Part shown: piece by piece, positions 37,784-47,568 of the stretch | Layout: each line of letters begins with the position of its first letter | How positions within the stretch are numbered: the stretch's first letter is position 1 | Source of the DNA: a virus | IMG/VR virus record: IMGVR_UViG_2706796514_000001 | Span: 65,960-129,959 of that record | Direction: 5' to 3' (one strand) | DNA: 64,000 nt | Notes under the pieces: generated by a model | Told to the model about the DNA's origin: nothing | Database searches by the model: none | What the model saw: the letters and a program-made list of their open reading frames with translations, nothing else | Program-made: the position numbers and the translations under genes

Positions 37784-38271
37784 ACTGGTCTGAATTAGGT
37801 AAAAAGGTTGCTGATTTTGCTCCGCTGTTAGGCTCTGTACTTGGTCCTGCTGGTGCGGGTGTTGGTGCGCTAATATCGTCTGAGTTTGGCACAGATAACA
37901 CGCCAGACGCGATTAATAGCTTTTTAGTTGGCAATCCTGAATCGCAAGTGAAGTTAAAAGAAATAGAGTTAACACACAAAACAAGATTGCAGCAAATTAA
38001 GCTGGAAACACTACAGGCTGAGCTTGGTGATAAAGCCAATGCAAGGCAAGCGCACAGCCAAAGTAAAATGCCAGCCTATTTAAGTGTTGGCTTAACTGTG
38101 CTTATAGCATTGCTAGTTTTCTTGTTGTTTTACGTTGATGTGCCTACAGGAAGTCGCGAGGTTTTGTTTATGTTGCTTGGCGTTGTTGTTAAGGAATGGG
38201 GTAGCGCTATGCAGTTCTGGTTTGGTACAACTCGCAGCAGTGCAGACAAAACAAGATTGATGATTAAGTGA
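37780..38271 (+). CDS. holin-like membrane protein (start moved to MNWSELG)
   Basis: Gly-rich N-terminus, coiled coil, two C-terminal TM helices, and a FWFG..RSS..K motif typical of phage lysis-region membrane proteins. Confidence 0.65.
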   Translation: MNWSELGKKVADFAPLLGSVLGPAGAGVGALISSEFGTDNTPDAINSFLVGNPESQVKLKEIELTHKTRLQQIKLETLQAELGDKANARQAHSQSKMPAYLSVGLTVLIALLVFLLFYVDVPTGSREVLFMLLGVVVKEWGSAMQFWFGTTRSSADKTRLMIK

Positions 38272-38316
38272 TTTACTTTGCCGTAGATATTGGTAGTAAG
38301 ATTAAAAAATAGGATT

Positions 38317-38338
38317 AGCCCCAGTTAAAGGGCTTTTC
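38317..38338 (+). terminator. intrinsic terminator between convergent genes
   Basis: AGCCC-8-GGGCT followed by TTT. Confidence 0.6.
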
Positions 38339-38342
38339 TAAA

Positions 38343-41096
38343 TCAACCTAAAAACGACACTGTGAACACTATGTCTGAGCCTACAAGATTCCTTATGTTT
38401 AACTGCCCTTGCGCGTCAATCCACATGTTTATTTTATCAATCACCGCAGGGTCACTACCTGTACCTAGTGCATAGCTAGAACTGAACGGAGATGCTAATG
38501 GTGTTATACTTCCGCCAGCCCCACCAGATGAGAATATGCCTGACGTGTTACCGTAGGTGTTTGTAACTACAAATACATGCGAGCCTGCCCTATACCCCTT
38601 AGCTTTGAAAGTTAAGGTCTCGCCATCAGTTATCTTCCCAGACTGCACAGAGAGCGCCCCTCCAGTTTTACCCCCAGATAAAGAATCCCCGTTCATCGTC
38701 GGGTAAGTGTCGGTTGAGCCTTCCAAGAGTGAAGGTCTGCCTGAAATACCTTTGAAACTCCTTCCTCTGACAGATCCTCCAAAACTCCTTACGCCCCCGC
38801 CAAGATTAGCGAAGAAAGGTATAGGCGCACCCCTCTGACTAACGTTGTTAACATCAAATGCAATATTATTACATATATTACTAGCCCCAATCCAACTTAT
38901 TTTAATTTCAGGTACATTTATGTTCTCAAGGCTTACAGGCAACTCAGCGTCTGCGTAGTTTGTAAACAACAAATGGTCAGTCGCGCCATTGGATAGAGTG
39001 ATATTACTAATATTTATACCTTGCATATCAGTGTTTTGCACTGCTGTACCAACTGATAAATCTATCAAATACGTAAAGGTAGTGTTGGTCGAGTCGGGTA
39101 GATTATTATTTATTGTTATGTTATTTATGTTAATCGATGTTTTATTGACACCGTACTCTGTGCCATTGTAAAAGCTAATAGGCACAAGCTTTTCTAAGCT
39201 AACATACTGACCGTTATCAGACCCTATGTTCCAAGTGATATTTTCAAACGTTCCGACACCCCATTGAGCATTCATATGAGTTGACTGCCCGCCGCCAGTA
39301 GTGAGGCGGCCGCCGAACATGTTTATAGTCTCGTTGTGGCAGTACGGTATACACTGAAACTTACACGCTCTAACAATTGGATTATTGTAGGTATTACCAT
39401 AACTCTCAACATTAACGTCTGGATATACGTTAAATGTAGCATCATCGTTTTGGAAATGGAATGGCTGTGGTAGCAGTATAGATAACATATCGACATCCAT
39501 GTCTTTTACACCAACCTCATTACTGTACATGCTTAGATAATAATTGTTTCTGTGTACAATATTTTTAGGGTAAAAAGTGTTGGCTGAGTGTACAACTAGC
39601 AGGCCATTTGAGCCGGTAGATCCCGGTACACCAGTATTTTCCTCTCTACCTATTTTGTCTACAAAGTTGCGTTCAAGGAGTACCAAGTTAAATGACCCCT
39701 GGACTCTCGCACCCTCGTTGTTACCGTCCGTTCCGCCAGATTTATTTAAGTTAATGTACGCACCACCAGATAGAATAGCGTCCGGCAGGTCTTCTTCCAT
39801 GGGAGTGTTATTGAAAACCTTTAATCCACTCGAAATAGTGTTAGCACCGTCGAACTTTATGGATGATTTAAAGCTGTTGCCATCACAATAAACATCTAAC
39901 ATGTGCGACCGAGACACGCCGCCAGTCCAAACAAACCCTCCGATACCTTTGAGTATTTTAGGTACGGTTAACGTCCCAGAGGTAGCTGTGGATAAATCGT
40001 AGTACCTATCGAAATTAACACTAACAATGTGGCTCTCTATCAGCTCCGATAGCACTACGCTATTATCCTGCCCCACCCTGAATCCTAGCGCCTCCGCAGG
40101 AACTTCGCCATTTATAGCCAACTCAAGGGACAGCGAGGGGTCGCTTATAGATTGTAAAATATACGAATTGTTTGGTGTTACAGAATTAGTCGGCACAACT
40201 CTCCATATAGTGTTACCCCTATCCTCAATACATATCACCATACCATCCACGATGTCCTCTCTGTTTAACGCATGTTCTGTGGTTGGAGACGTCTTTTTTG
40301 TGTATATTGTATAGACAGACCAACTAGCAAGCACACTAAACCCCGAACTAACCCCGCCAACCTCAATATAATAATCACCATCAGCAATATAAAACTCAAC
40401 AACCCCATCACTACCCGATTTATTATCAGTACCATTCTGCACAATCTCAGTCGTACCAGCTGCATCACTGTATATAGTTGCTAATGAGTCATCGGAAGTC
40501 TTACGTACTTCGTACACTTCACCAGCGTCAACCGTGCGAGTTTGTATTTCAGTTAATCCGCCATCAGTAGGCGATTGAAATATTTTAAGCGCGAATGAGT
40601 CAGAAAAAGCCTGAACACTTTGACCTGTAGACAGAGTGACGTTTTGAGCCTCACTAAATGTAACTTTCTTATAATCAGGCGTGCTCGGCACAGTACCAGC
40701 TGTAACGACCTTGTTTGGCGCTCCCGCACCGATGTAAGCCCATACATCACCCTGATCATCCAGACCTACATCACCTTCTGCAGAATAAGTAAACCCTTTA
40801 CTAAATCTACCTTTGTAATTATATCCCCACTGCTCTAGTAGGTATTTTGCATTCTTAATACCTAACGCACCAACAAAATCACTCTGCCCAACCCTATCTG
40901 CCTGACCACTAGGCTCTATGCCAGCTTCATCAAACAACGCTTGACGAGCACCTTCATAATCTTGGAACAACTTCTCTTCAAAAGGAGTTCCCGTACCTTG
41001 CACACCACCTTGGATGTTACGAGGCTTCCCGTCAGGCCAACCAGCATCACCTGTAGTAGTTTGACTAGGGTAAATATCTTTAATCTTATACGCCAT
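38343..41096 (-). CDS. tail fibre / tailspike with a probable beta-helix receptor-binding region
   Basis: 917 aa; phage attachment-type N-terminus followed by G/N/S/T-rich beta-strand repeats. Confidence 0.8.
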   Translation of the reverse strand: MAYKIKDIYPSQTTTGDAGWPDGKPRNIQGGVQGTGTPFEEKLFQDYEGARQALFDEAGIEPSGQADRVGQSDFVGALGIKNAKYLLEQWGYNYKGRFSKGFTYSAEGDVGLDDQGDVWAYIGAGAPNKVVTAGTVPSTPDYKKVTFSEAQNVTLSTGQSVQAFSDSFALKIFQSPTDGGLTEIQTRTVDAGEVYEVRKTSDDSLATIYSDAAGTTEIVQNGTDNKSGSDGVVEFYIADGDYYIEVGGVSSGFSVLASWSVYTIYTKKTSPTTEHALNREDIVDGMVICIEDRGNTIWRVVPTNSVTPNNSYILQSISDPSLSLELAINGEVPAEALGFRVGQDNSVVLSELIESHIVSVNFDRYYDLSTATSGTLTVPKILKGIGGFVWTGGVSRSHMLDVYCDGNSFKSSIKFDGANTISSGLKVFNNTPMEEDLPDAILSGGAYINLNKSGGTDGNNEGARVQGSFNLVLLERNFVDKIGREENTGVPGSTGSNGLLVVHSANTFYPKNIVHRNNYYLSMYSNEVGVKDMDVDMLSILLPQPFHFQNDDATFNVYPDVNVESYGNTYNNPIVRACKFQCIPYCHNETINMFGGRLTTGGGQSTHMNAQWGVGTFENITWNIGSDNGQYVSLEKLVPISFYNGTEYGVNKTSININNITINNNLPDSTNTTFTYLIDLSVGTAVQNTDMQGINISNITLSNGATDHLLFTNYADAELPVSLENINVPEIKISWIGASNICNNIAFDVNNVSQRGAPIPFFANLGGGVRSFGGSVRGRSFKGISGRPSLLEGSTDTYPTMNGDSLSGGKTGGALSVQSGKITDGETLTFKAKGYRAGSHVFVVTNTYGNTSGIFSSGGAGGSITPLASPFSSSYALGTGSDPAVIDKINMWIDAQGQLNIRNLVGSDIVFTVSFLG

Positions 41097-41115
41097 TTTA
41101 CTTCCTTTATTATAG

Positions 41116-41865
41116 TTAAGCTATTCTTTTCCAAATATGGTATGTTTCATACGGGGGTAGAGTCTTAGTGGATTGCACACCACCTGTCATGTTATGTTTG
41201 TGGGCACCACCACCACCAAAGGCACTACTGCCTGTAGTAGAATCATAGTATAACCACTGCGTGTTATCAGTATCTGTACTATTACTACCGTAACCATTAT
41301 TGTATCCTACAGGCATAGTTTCTTTATTGGACGCTCCTGATACATTAGCAACTCTTTCTGCATAATAACGATCCCTGTACTCATGTGTATGTACATAAGT
41401 AGGTACTTCTTCTTCTGATAAAGTGTGGTTAGCTACAGAGAAGTTATCTCCGTGAGTATGGGTTTTCGTACCACCTTGAACACCAGCACCATTGAAATCA
41501 GTATCTGATTCGCTACTACCTACCACATACCTACCTTGTTGCTTTTCCCATGTACCGAAACCAAATCTGTCAGCGGGATTATCTTCTGTTTGTGTCATCC
41601 AAACATCACCAACTTGCCAGATAGTTTGTAACAGTGCAGCGTTATCTCCACTAACCGATAAAGTGTTTATCTGTGCTTGTAGATTTTTAACTATCTGCCA
41701 TGTTTCATAGAATTGATTATTCAACCATTGTCGTGGAATAGGTTGTCTGTCTTTAAGACCACTACTTTTAACTTCCGAAGGTGGGTTTACTCTTGCTAGT
41801 TCATCAACCCTTGGTTCATACTCATTATTTTCGCACCACCTGATGTTCTCATCAACTATCGCCAT
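41116..41865 (-). CDS. baseplate / short tail fibre-like protein
   Basis: WQVGDVWM...FGFGTWEK...GGTKTH...HTLSEEEVP..H.H...TLPPYETYHIWKRIA motif typical of baseplate-fibre C-termini. Confidence 0.75.
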   Translation of the reverse strand: MAIVDENIRWCENNEYEPRVDELARVNPPSEVKSSGLKDRQPIPRQWLNNQFYETWQIVKNLQAQINTLSVSGDNAALLQTIWQVGDVWMTQTEDNPADRFGFGTWEKQQGRYVVGSSESDTDFNGAGVQGGTKTHTHGDNFSVANHTLSEEEVPTYVHTHEYRDRYYAERVANVSGASNKETMPVGYNNGYGSNSTDTDNTQWLYYDSTTGSSAFGGGGAHKHNMTGGVQSTKTLPPYETYHIWKRIA

Positions 41866-41876
41866 ATCTCATCTCT

Positions 41877-42341
41877 CTATTTCTTATTAAAACTAAACAT
41901 ATCAAAAAACTTTGATATAACTTCTTTACTTGCACCCCAAGAGTACAATATCATCAGTATTACTACCAAGGTGTACCATATCGGGAAAGAGTCCAACGCC
42001 TCTATAGCTTTTAAACTAGCATCTGCTAACATCCCTTGTTGGTAGGCTTTTTCTTTCAGTGCGTAGAATAGATCTACATAAGGAGAGATCATAGATGTTA
42101 TAAAAGGGAAGAATATAACAATCATAGTGAATTCGTCTTTAAAACTATTAGCCATTTGTTTAATACGTTCTGAAGTATTTGTAACCTCAGATCTAACACG
42201 CTCTAGTTTTATATTTTGCCTAGTGAGAGATTCTTGTTGTTTGATATCTAGCTCTCTCATAGCTTCTTCTTGTTTACCTTTCCACCACTGAGATGCGAAA
42301 GGGATAAGATTAGTTACCAAACCTTTTACTATTGTCCACAT
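41877..42341 (-). CDS. holin-like membrane protein
   Basis: SFKDEFTMIVIFFP...FPIWYTLVV pattern with TM helices. Confidence 0.6.
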   Translation of the reverse strand: MWTIVKGLVTNLIPFASQWWKGKQEEAMRELDIKQQESLTRQNIKLERVRSEVTNTSERIKQMANSFKDEFTMIVIFFPFITSMISPYVDLFYALKEKAYQQGMLADASLKAIEALDSFPIWYTLVVILMILYSWGASKEVISKFFDMFSFNKK

Positions 42342-42768
42342 GTTTGAGTCTTCTTATTATCTTTTTAGGATTTCTGATGTAAGGATTTAGTCTAGAGTTT
42401 ATTAAACAAACCCAAACTAACAACTCAAACATCGCTATGTTAATTATACTGTAAGATTGGTAGTACCATTGGTAGAAGTCGGTATCATACATGAAAGCAC
42501 CCACTGCATTAACGAAGAAAGATATTGCACTAACAATACAAAGTATCACTCCTAATCTACAACCTAGTAAGAATATACTCACAGCGAATACAATAGCTTC
42601 GTAGAACATATAAGCCTCATAATAAGAACAACCTAACATTTGAAGGTAGGCTGCTCCTACTGTATTTAGTTTCACCATAAGAAAGCAAACTATTGTTGAC
42701 AGAAAGCCTTTAAGGTGATCTTGTAGGAAGATTAGGAGGAAGAATATAAATGAATAATACTCTTCCAT
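42310..42768 (-). CDS. multi-pass membrane protein
   Basis: four to five hydrophobic helices. Confidence 0.75.
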   Translation of the reverse strand: MEEYYSFIFFLLIFLQDHLKGFLSTIVCFLMVKLNTVGAAYLQMLGCSYYEAYMFYEAIVFAVSIFLLGCRLGVILCIVSAISFFVNAVGAFMYDTDFYQWYYQSYSIINIAMFELLVWVCLINSRLNPYIRNPKKIIRRLKHVDNSKRFGN

Positions 42769-42773
42769 GACAG

Positions 42774-42827
42774 TTACTTAGGTTTTACTTTAGGTTTAGG
42801 TGGTGGCGGCTTTTGTGTACTAGGCAT
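42774..42827 (-). CDS. 17-aa Pro/Lys-rich micropeptide MPSTQKPPPPKPKVKPK
   Basis: AAGGAG SD; fills the gap between 42831 and 42768 exactly. Confidence 0.55.
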   Translation of the reverse strand: MPSTQKPPPPKPKVKPK

Positions 42828-42830
42828 GGT

Positions 42831-43196
42831 CTATTCTCCTTTTCTTATATTATTAAGTGAATTAGTTATTACGGCTACATCTGTTTTAATCTCAGCTATT
42901 GTTGAGAATATCTTCTTACCGTTTTCATCATTCTTTTCTAGCATTGAAACATGGTACGACTCCAAGGCAGACATACGAGCTTCCATATGTTCTTGTCTTT
43001 GTCGTAATAATGCGTTCTGATTAGAAACCATTGAATTTACACTTTCTTTGGTATATACATTTTCAATACGCTTATCTAGATCCTTTTCTCGATCTGATCT
43101 TCGCCTATCTTCCTTGTTAACATTATACCAAAAATAGGTTAGGAAAGGTGCCCATGCTAGTTTTAAAAGCCACCCACCTACTACTTCTGCAGACAT
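42831..43196 (-). CDS. single-TM coiled-coil protein (lysis-region type)
   Basis: N-terminal TM helix followed by a coiled coil; likely start MSAEVV. Confidence 0.7.
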   Translation of the reverse strand: MSAEVVGGWLLKLAWAPFLTYFWYNVNKEDRRRSDREKDLDKRIENVYTKESVNSMVSNQNALLRQRQEHMEARMSALESYHVSMLEKNDENGKKIFSTIAEIKTDVAVITNSLNNIRKGE

Positions 43197-43315
43197 TGTT
43201 ATTACCTTATAGTTGTAGTTTGTACATTGTGATTTACACTGTGAAAACAAACCTCTTATTCTAGAAGCTCGTAGCTGATATTATAACAGAATAAATTTAA
43301 TTAATCAATTTAGGG

Positions 43316-43344
43316 TTGACATTCAAGTTTTAAAGGTTTAAGAT
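43316..43344 (+). promoter_or_regulatory. sigma70-type early promoter of the plus-strand arm
   Basis: TTGACA-17-TAAGAT, then AGGAGG SD. Confidence 0.8.
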
Positions 43345-43374
43345 AGGTGCTTAACTTTATTCAGGAGGATAACA

Positions 43375-43806
43375 ATGAACATTACAAACCTATACACGCT
43401 CGCTCTATCATTGAAAGATGCAGAAGCTGAGTTAGAAAAGATCAACCGTGAACTGGAAACCTCTGTAGATGAGGGTTTATCAACTGGTGAGATAATCACT
43501 GTGTGGCAGACAGATCTAAATGATCACAGTTTGCAAACCCTAGCATCAGATTTGAATCACTTAACATTCACCAACAACTTCCTTTTTGATGTAAGTCTAT
43601 TCAATCCAGAAGATACTTGGTTCGAGGTAGAGTCTAATTATGATGTGGGTGTTCTTCCTTCTAATAAACTCTTGGTGAAATCTTATAAGCTTTATTCTCC
43701 ACAAGAAAATCAAAGTATTCGTAAAGTTTTACTTGACAAGCGTGACTCACTTGTTACAATGTGTGCAGATTTAGAGAAACAGATTAAGGAGATGGTTAAT
43801 GTTTAA
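43375..43806 (+). CDS. hypothetical early protein
   Basis: 143-aa ORF with AGGAGG SD. Confidence 0.85.
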   Translation: MNITNLYTLALSLKDAEAELEKINRELETSVDEGLSTGEIITVWQTDLNDHSLQTLASDLNHLTFTNNFLFDVSLFNPEDTWFEVESNYDVGVLPSNKLLVKSYKLYSPQENQSIRKVLLDKRDSLVTMCADLEKQIKEMVNV

Positions 43807-44200
43807 TAAAGATTTGATTTATATTTGTAAGTGTTATGAGGAATGGCCTAGTGGTGTTGATAGCTTGTTATATTCAAATGATGGTGAGATAATTGGAATA
43901 AGAAGCAATGATGTTTTCAGCGATTACCCTGATGGGGAACTAAAAGACCCTAAGAATAATGACAACTTCCTCGCTGCCGAGGGACATACTTGCATAGGTC
44001 AGAACTACACCAAAGAGGAATTCCTAGCATGTAAAGAATACCTTGCTAAGCAGGAAACCTCTGTAGACGACAGTACAGACCCTGTAGTAGAACAGGTTAA
44101 GCTTCGTATACAGGAGATTACTAAACGTCACGAACAGGCTTTACAAGACGAATTGAAACCACTTATGGTAGTATTACAACGTAGAGTGGAAACACTATGA
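43799..44200 (+). CDS. hypothetical protein
   Basis: 133-aa ORF. Confidence 0.85.
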   Translation: MFNKDLIYICKCYEEWPSGVDSLLYSNDGEIIGIRSNDVFSDYPDGELKDPKNNDNFLAAEGHTCIGQNYTKEEFLACKEYLAKQETSVDDSTDPVVEQVKLRIQEITKRHEQALQDELKPLMVVLQRRVETL

Positions 44201-44514
44201 ATAAAGATGAATTAAACTTAACAACTAAACAAATGGTTTACTACCACAGCAAGAAACGAAGCAAACCGTTGGCATATATCTTAGGCGCATTCCTAGGTGG
44301 ATTTGGTGTACATGGATTCTACATCGGTGGTGAGACAGGTAATATGCTAGGCGGTATCACGTTGTTGGCATTGATAGGTAGTTTTATTGATCCTATGCTG
44401 TTCACTGGGCATATGCTGATGGTTTTCAGTGGTGTGGTGTGGACACATTTTGTAGTAGATAGTCGTAACAAAGAGTTTATGGAAGAAGCTAGGACTTTCT
44501 TTGACGGGGAGTAG
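44197..44514 (+). CDS. TM2-domain membrane protein
   Basis: KRSKPLAYILGAFLGGFGVHGFYIG is the TM2 signature. Confidence 0.8.
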   Translation: MNKDELNLTTKQMVYYHSKKRSKPLAYILGAFLGGFGVHGFYIGGETGNMLGGITLLALIGSFIDPMLFTGHMLMVFSGVVWTHFVVDSRNKEFMEEARTFFDGE

Positions 44515-44523
44515 TATCGTATA

Positions 44524-44552
44524 TTTACACCAAAATATTAATGTGTTATAAT
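44524..44552 (+). promoter_or_regulatory. sigma70-type promoter
   Basis: TTTACA-17-TATAAT. Confidence 0.7.
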
Positions 44553-44568
44553 AAACATAAGGTAGCTA

Positions 44569-44793
44569 ATGATAAGAGATAATTTAGTAGAGTACTTCAA
44601 TAATATTAAGGTTTCCAATATGTTAACGTATACGATGATACAGGACATAACTGGACTTAATCAGAGTCAAATCTCCAATATATTAAAGCATAATGGTAAG
44701 AGTGTCTCTATAGATATTATTGAAAAGGCTATAATGGACTTAGGTTTCGTTATATGTGTGGATATTTATAATTTGGACGAGGTGAAGCAATGA
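44569..44793 (+). CDS. XRE-family helix-turn-helix protein
   Basis: LTYTMIQDITGLNQSQISNILKHN...SIDIIEKAIMDLG. Confidence 0.8.
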   Translation: MIRDNLVEYFNNIKVSNMLTYTMIQDITGLNQSQISNILKHNGKSVSIDIIEKAIMDLGFVICVDIYNLDEVKQ

Positions 44794-44937
44794 GTTCATT
44801 GAGGACTACATTATCAGATAAAAATATGGATCTTGTTATGCATTTAGTAAGGACCATGAACACTAACCCTAGTGAAGTTTTAAATCATTTACTAGATAAC
44901 CCAGAACATATAATTAGTGCGAGGAGCAGATTAGAAT

Positions 44938-46578
44938 ATGGGGATAATAGAGAGAAAAGCTAAACGAACTTGCAAAAACAGTGTGAAAAACTGCAATAAA
45001 AGGGAGTTTAGGTTCAAGACTAACTTCAACAGGATAGGTAAAAAGCATAAGGATTTCATAAAGTTAGACCAAGACCTATTAAACAAAATAAGGTTCAATA
45101 AACCATCTCTTAAAGGTATGCACAGGGGATATGATAATATTAATTTATTATTATGGAATGATATTGGTAATTTATTAGATATTTATATGAATTATGATAA
45201 AGGTTATAATTATAATTGGTATGTTGATTGTAGTAGTTTATCTTATATTAGTGATATTATAGCTTGTAAAGGTTCTCCTGATCACCCTGTCTTATTTAAA
45301 GATATGACGGATTACGAGTTGTTAGGGATGTTTATAGATTATCAAAAAGATATAGGTATATCTAGAATATCGCGAAAAAAGACAAAAGCTGTGTTAGATT
45401 GGTTTATACACTATTTCAATAAGAATAGAGATAAGTGTATAAATGCTATAAGCTATTCCAGAGATAAGAGTTTTAATACTAAGTACAATGTAGATAATAA
45501 AGATTTATCTTATAGTGTACTTATTAGGTTTATAGATTTTATGGTAGATAAAGGTCTAGCTATAACTCTAAAAGGTAACAAATTATATAGTTGTAGTGTC
45601 ATGAGTTTACTTATCATCAACCCTGAAGTAGAGCGATTAATACCTAATCTTTCAAACAATAATACAGGTGAAAATAAAGTTTTTTCTGGTTCTTTTGTAA
45701 AAGTTACCGATTCTGATGGGAAAGTTATTCCTCTAGATGAAGTTTCAAATAAAGAGTACCTTATAAGAACAGAAGAGCAGACGAATGGTTTACTTACACA
45801 GTATCATAAAATAGTAGATATGAATACTCCTGAGATAAACAACTACTCTCTTGGTGATGTTAGGTTGCACAGAGTTATAAAAGAAAAGGAGGATATAAAT
45901 TGTAGGTGGTTTGATGATGGAAGTTTTCAAGGTAAACCTAAAAATCTAAGGAAATCTTTAACGTTTAAAGGTTGTGATACTGTATCTTTGGATTTTAAAA
46001 GTCTACACCCAGCTATATTGTTATACTATAAAGGTGTTAAGTTAAAAGATCATAATCCGTACCCAAGTTTAGATTTTATAACAGTGAATAACAGGGACCT
46101 TAATAAATTCAAAGCTTATTACAACATAGATAACTATGATCCAACTAGGAATCTAGTTAAGAAATTATTCTTGGCAATGATCAACGCATCTTCTGTTAAT
46201 ATGGCTGTTGGAAGTATTTATGAAGATTTGTATAAAGATAAGTTAAAAAAGGGTACTTACAAGGAACATACTATGAAATACATAGGTATCGGTGAGGTAG
46301 ACTTACACAAGGTAGCTGAATGCATACTTGAACATAATTCTATCATATCTGAATACTTAGGGGTTGGTGTAGGTAATGAGTTGCAGTATGTAGATTCTAT
46401 GATAATTTACTATTGCATAGAAGAACTTGTGAAAATGCATATACCTTTTATACCTGTACATGATAGTATTAGTTGTAAGGTTGAAGATAAAGAGTTGGTT
46501 TTATCAGTAATGGAGCGTTCTTTCGTCAAAGCAGTCGGAGAAGGTTCTGAATGTAATTGTATAATAGAAGAGGAATAA
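44938..46578 (+). CDS. polymerase-like protein (family A DNA polymerase / T7-type RNA polymerase palm motifs)
   Basis: SLDFKSLHP (motif A-like), RNLVKKLFLAMIN (motif B-like), LQYVDS and PVHDSI (motif C-like). Confidence 0.6.
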   Translation: MGIIERKAKRTCKNSVKNCNKREFRFKTNFNRIGKKHKDFIKLDQDLLNKIRFNKPSLKGMHRGYDNINLLLWNDIGNLLDIYMNYDKGYNYNWYVDCSSLSYISDIIACKGSPDHPVLFKDMTDYELLGMFIDYQKDIGISRISRKKTKAVLDWFIHYFNKNRDKCINAISYSRDKSFNTKYNVDNKDLSYSVLIRFIDFMVDKGLAITLKGNKLYSCSVMSLLIINPEVERLIPNLSNNNTGENKVFSGSFVKVTDSDGKVIPLDEVSNKEYLIRTEEQTNGLLTQYHKIVDMNTPEINNYSLGDVRLHRVIKEKEDINCRWFDDGSFQGKPKNLRKSLTFKGCDTVSLDFKSLHPAILLYYKGVKLKDHNPYPSLDFITVNNRDLNKFKAYYNIDNYDPTRNLVKKLFLAMINASSVNMAVGSIYEDLYKDKLKKGTYKEHTMKYIGIGEVDLHKVAECILEHNSIISEYLGVGVGNELQYVDSMIIYYCIEELVKMHIPFIPVHDSISCKVEDKELVLSVMERSFVKAVGEGSECNCIIEEE

Positions 46579-46582
46579 AATT

Positions 46583-47203
46583 ATGGATTGTAGAAATATT
46601 AATGTTTTTGAAAGAAGTTTGGATAATACTAGAAGTAAACCACAAGCTTATATCTTTTTAGATAAGATACCACCTGAAACTTATCAAGAGATGTTGAACA
46701 CTATACAGGATGAAGATATATCATTGGGTAATTTCACAATAGCTTTATCAGATGAAAGTGGTAGTCACCTTTTGAACATAGCATCTGGTCGCGGTAGAGG
46801 TAAAGGTTACTTTGGTATCCTAGAGTTAGAACTAAGAGGAGCACTTGTAGATTATGATGGAGAAGTTTTAACTCTCAATCCTGATTATCTTCCTGTTTTC
46901 CACTGTATACTGGATGACTTTGCAGTGTGTATATTAGAAACAAGTATGCTAGATAAGATTACTCTTGAAGATATAATTGACCACTTAGAGGATAAGCTTG
47001 ATATTGAGGTAGTTGTTGAGGAACTACCTGAAACTGATGAAGGATTTTTCCCTGAAGTCACGAAGTATTTCACTCTGCAAACTGAAGTTGATAAGTTTTA
47101 CAAGGAGTTATCAAATGAGGATAGAGTTAGGAATATTATAACAGATCGTGTTACTTTAGAGAGTATGCAACGTGATTTAGAAAACAGTGACATTCTAGAA
47201 TAA
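46583..47203 (+). CDS. hypothetical acidic protein
   Basis: 206-aa ORF. Confidence 0.85.
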   Translation: MDCRNINVFERSLDNTRSKPQAYIFLDKIPPETYQEMLNTIQDEDISLGNFTIALSDESGSHLLNIASGRGRGKGYFGILELELRGALVDYDGEVLTLNPDYLPVFHCILDDFAVCILETSMLDKITLEDIIDHLEDKLDIEVVVEELPETDEGFFPEVTKYFTLQTEVDKFYKELSNEDRVRNIITDRVTLESMQRDLENSDILE

Positions 47204-47208
47204 AACCC

Positions 47209-47280
47209 TTGACAATAAATCCCCGTTCGCATAAGATACTCTTACTGAATAAAAGAGCGTCCTATGTGACGGGGATTTTT
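47209..47280 (+). promoter_or_regulatory. sigma70 promoter overlapping a long terminator-like inverted repeat
   Basis: TTGACA-17-TAAGAT; AAATCCCCGT (47217-47226) / ACGGGGATTT (47269-47278), followed by a T-run. Confidence 0.75.
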
Positions 47281-47301
47281 ACGTTTTAGAGGAGAAATAT
47301 T

Positions 47302-47568
47302 ATGAAATACAATTCGGATAGTTTAGATAAAGCAATAGATTTAATACTACCAAATATAGCTAAAGCTAAGTCAGAGGGGATAGTGTTTAACAGACCGTCT
47401 TTATTAGATATGGTAGCAAAAGAATTTTTCATTAAGAGTTTAGATAGTAGCTGGAACCCCTCTTATGATGAAAGGGTGGCCTACTTCATCTGTCAGGAAG
47501 CTAGTTACGACTTAAGTCTAAAAGGGATGATGGATTTCGGGACGATGCAATTTAACATTGGAGGATAA
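47302..47568 (+). CDS. hypothetical protein
   Basis: 88-aa ORF with GAGGAG SD. Confidence 0.8.
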   Translation: MKYNSDSLDKAIDLILPNIAKAKSEGIVFNRPSLLDMVAKEFFIKSLDSSWNPSYDERVAYFICQEASYDLSLKGMMDFGTMQFNIGG

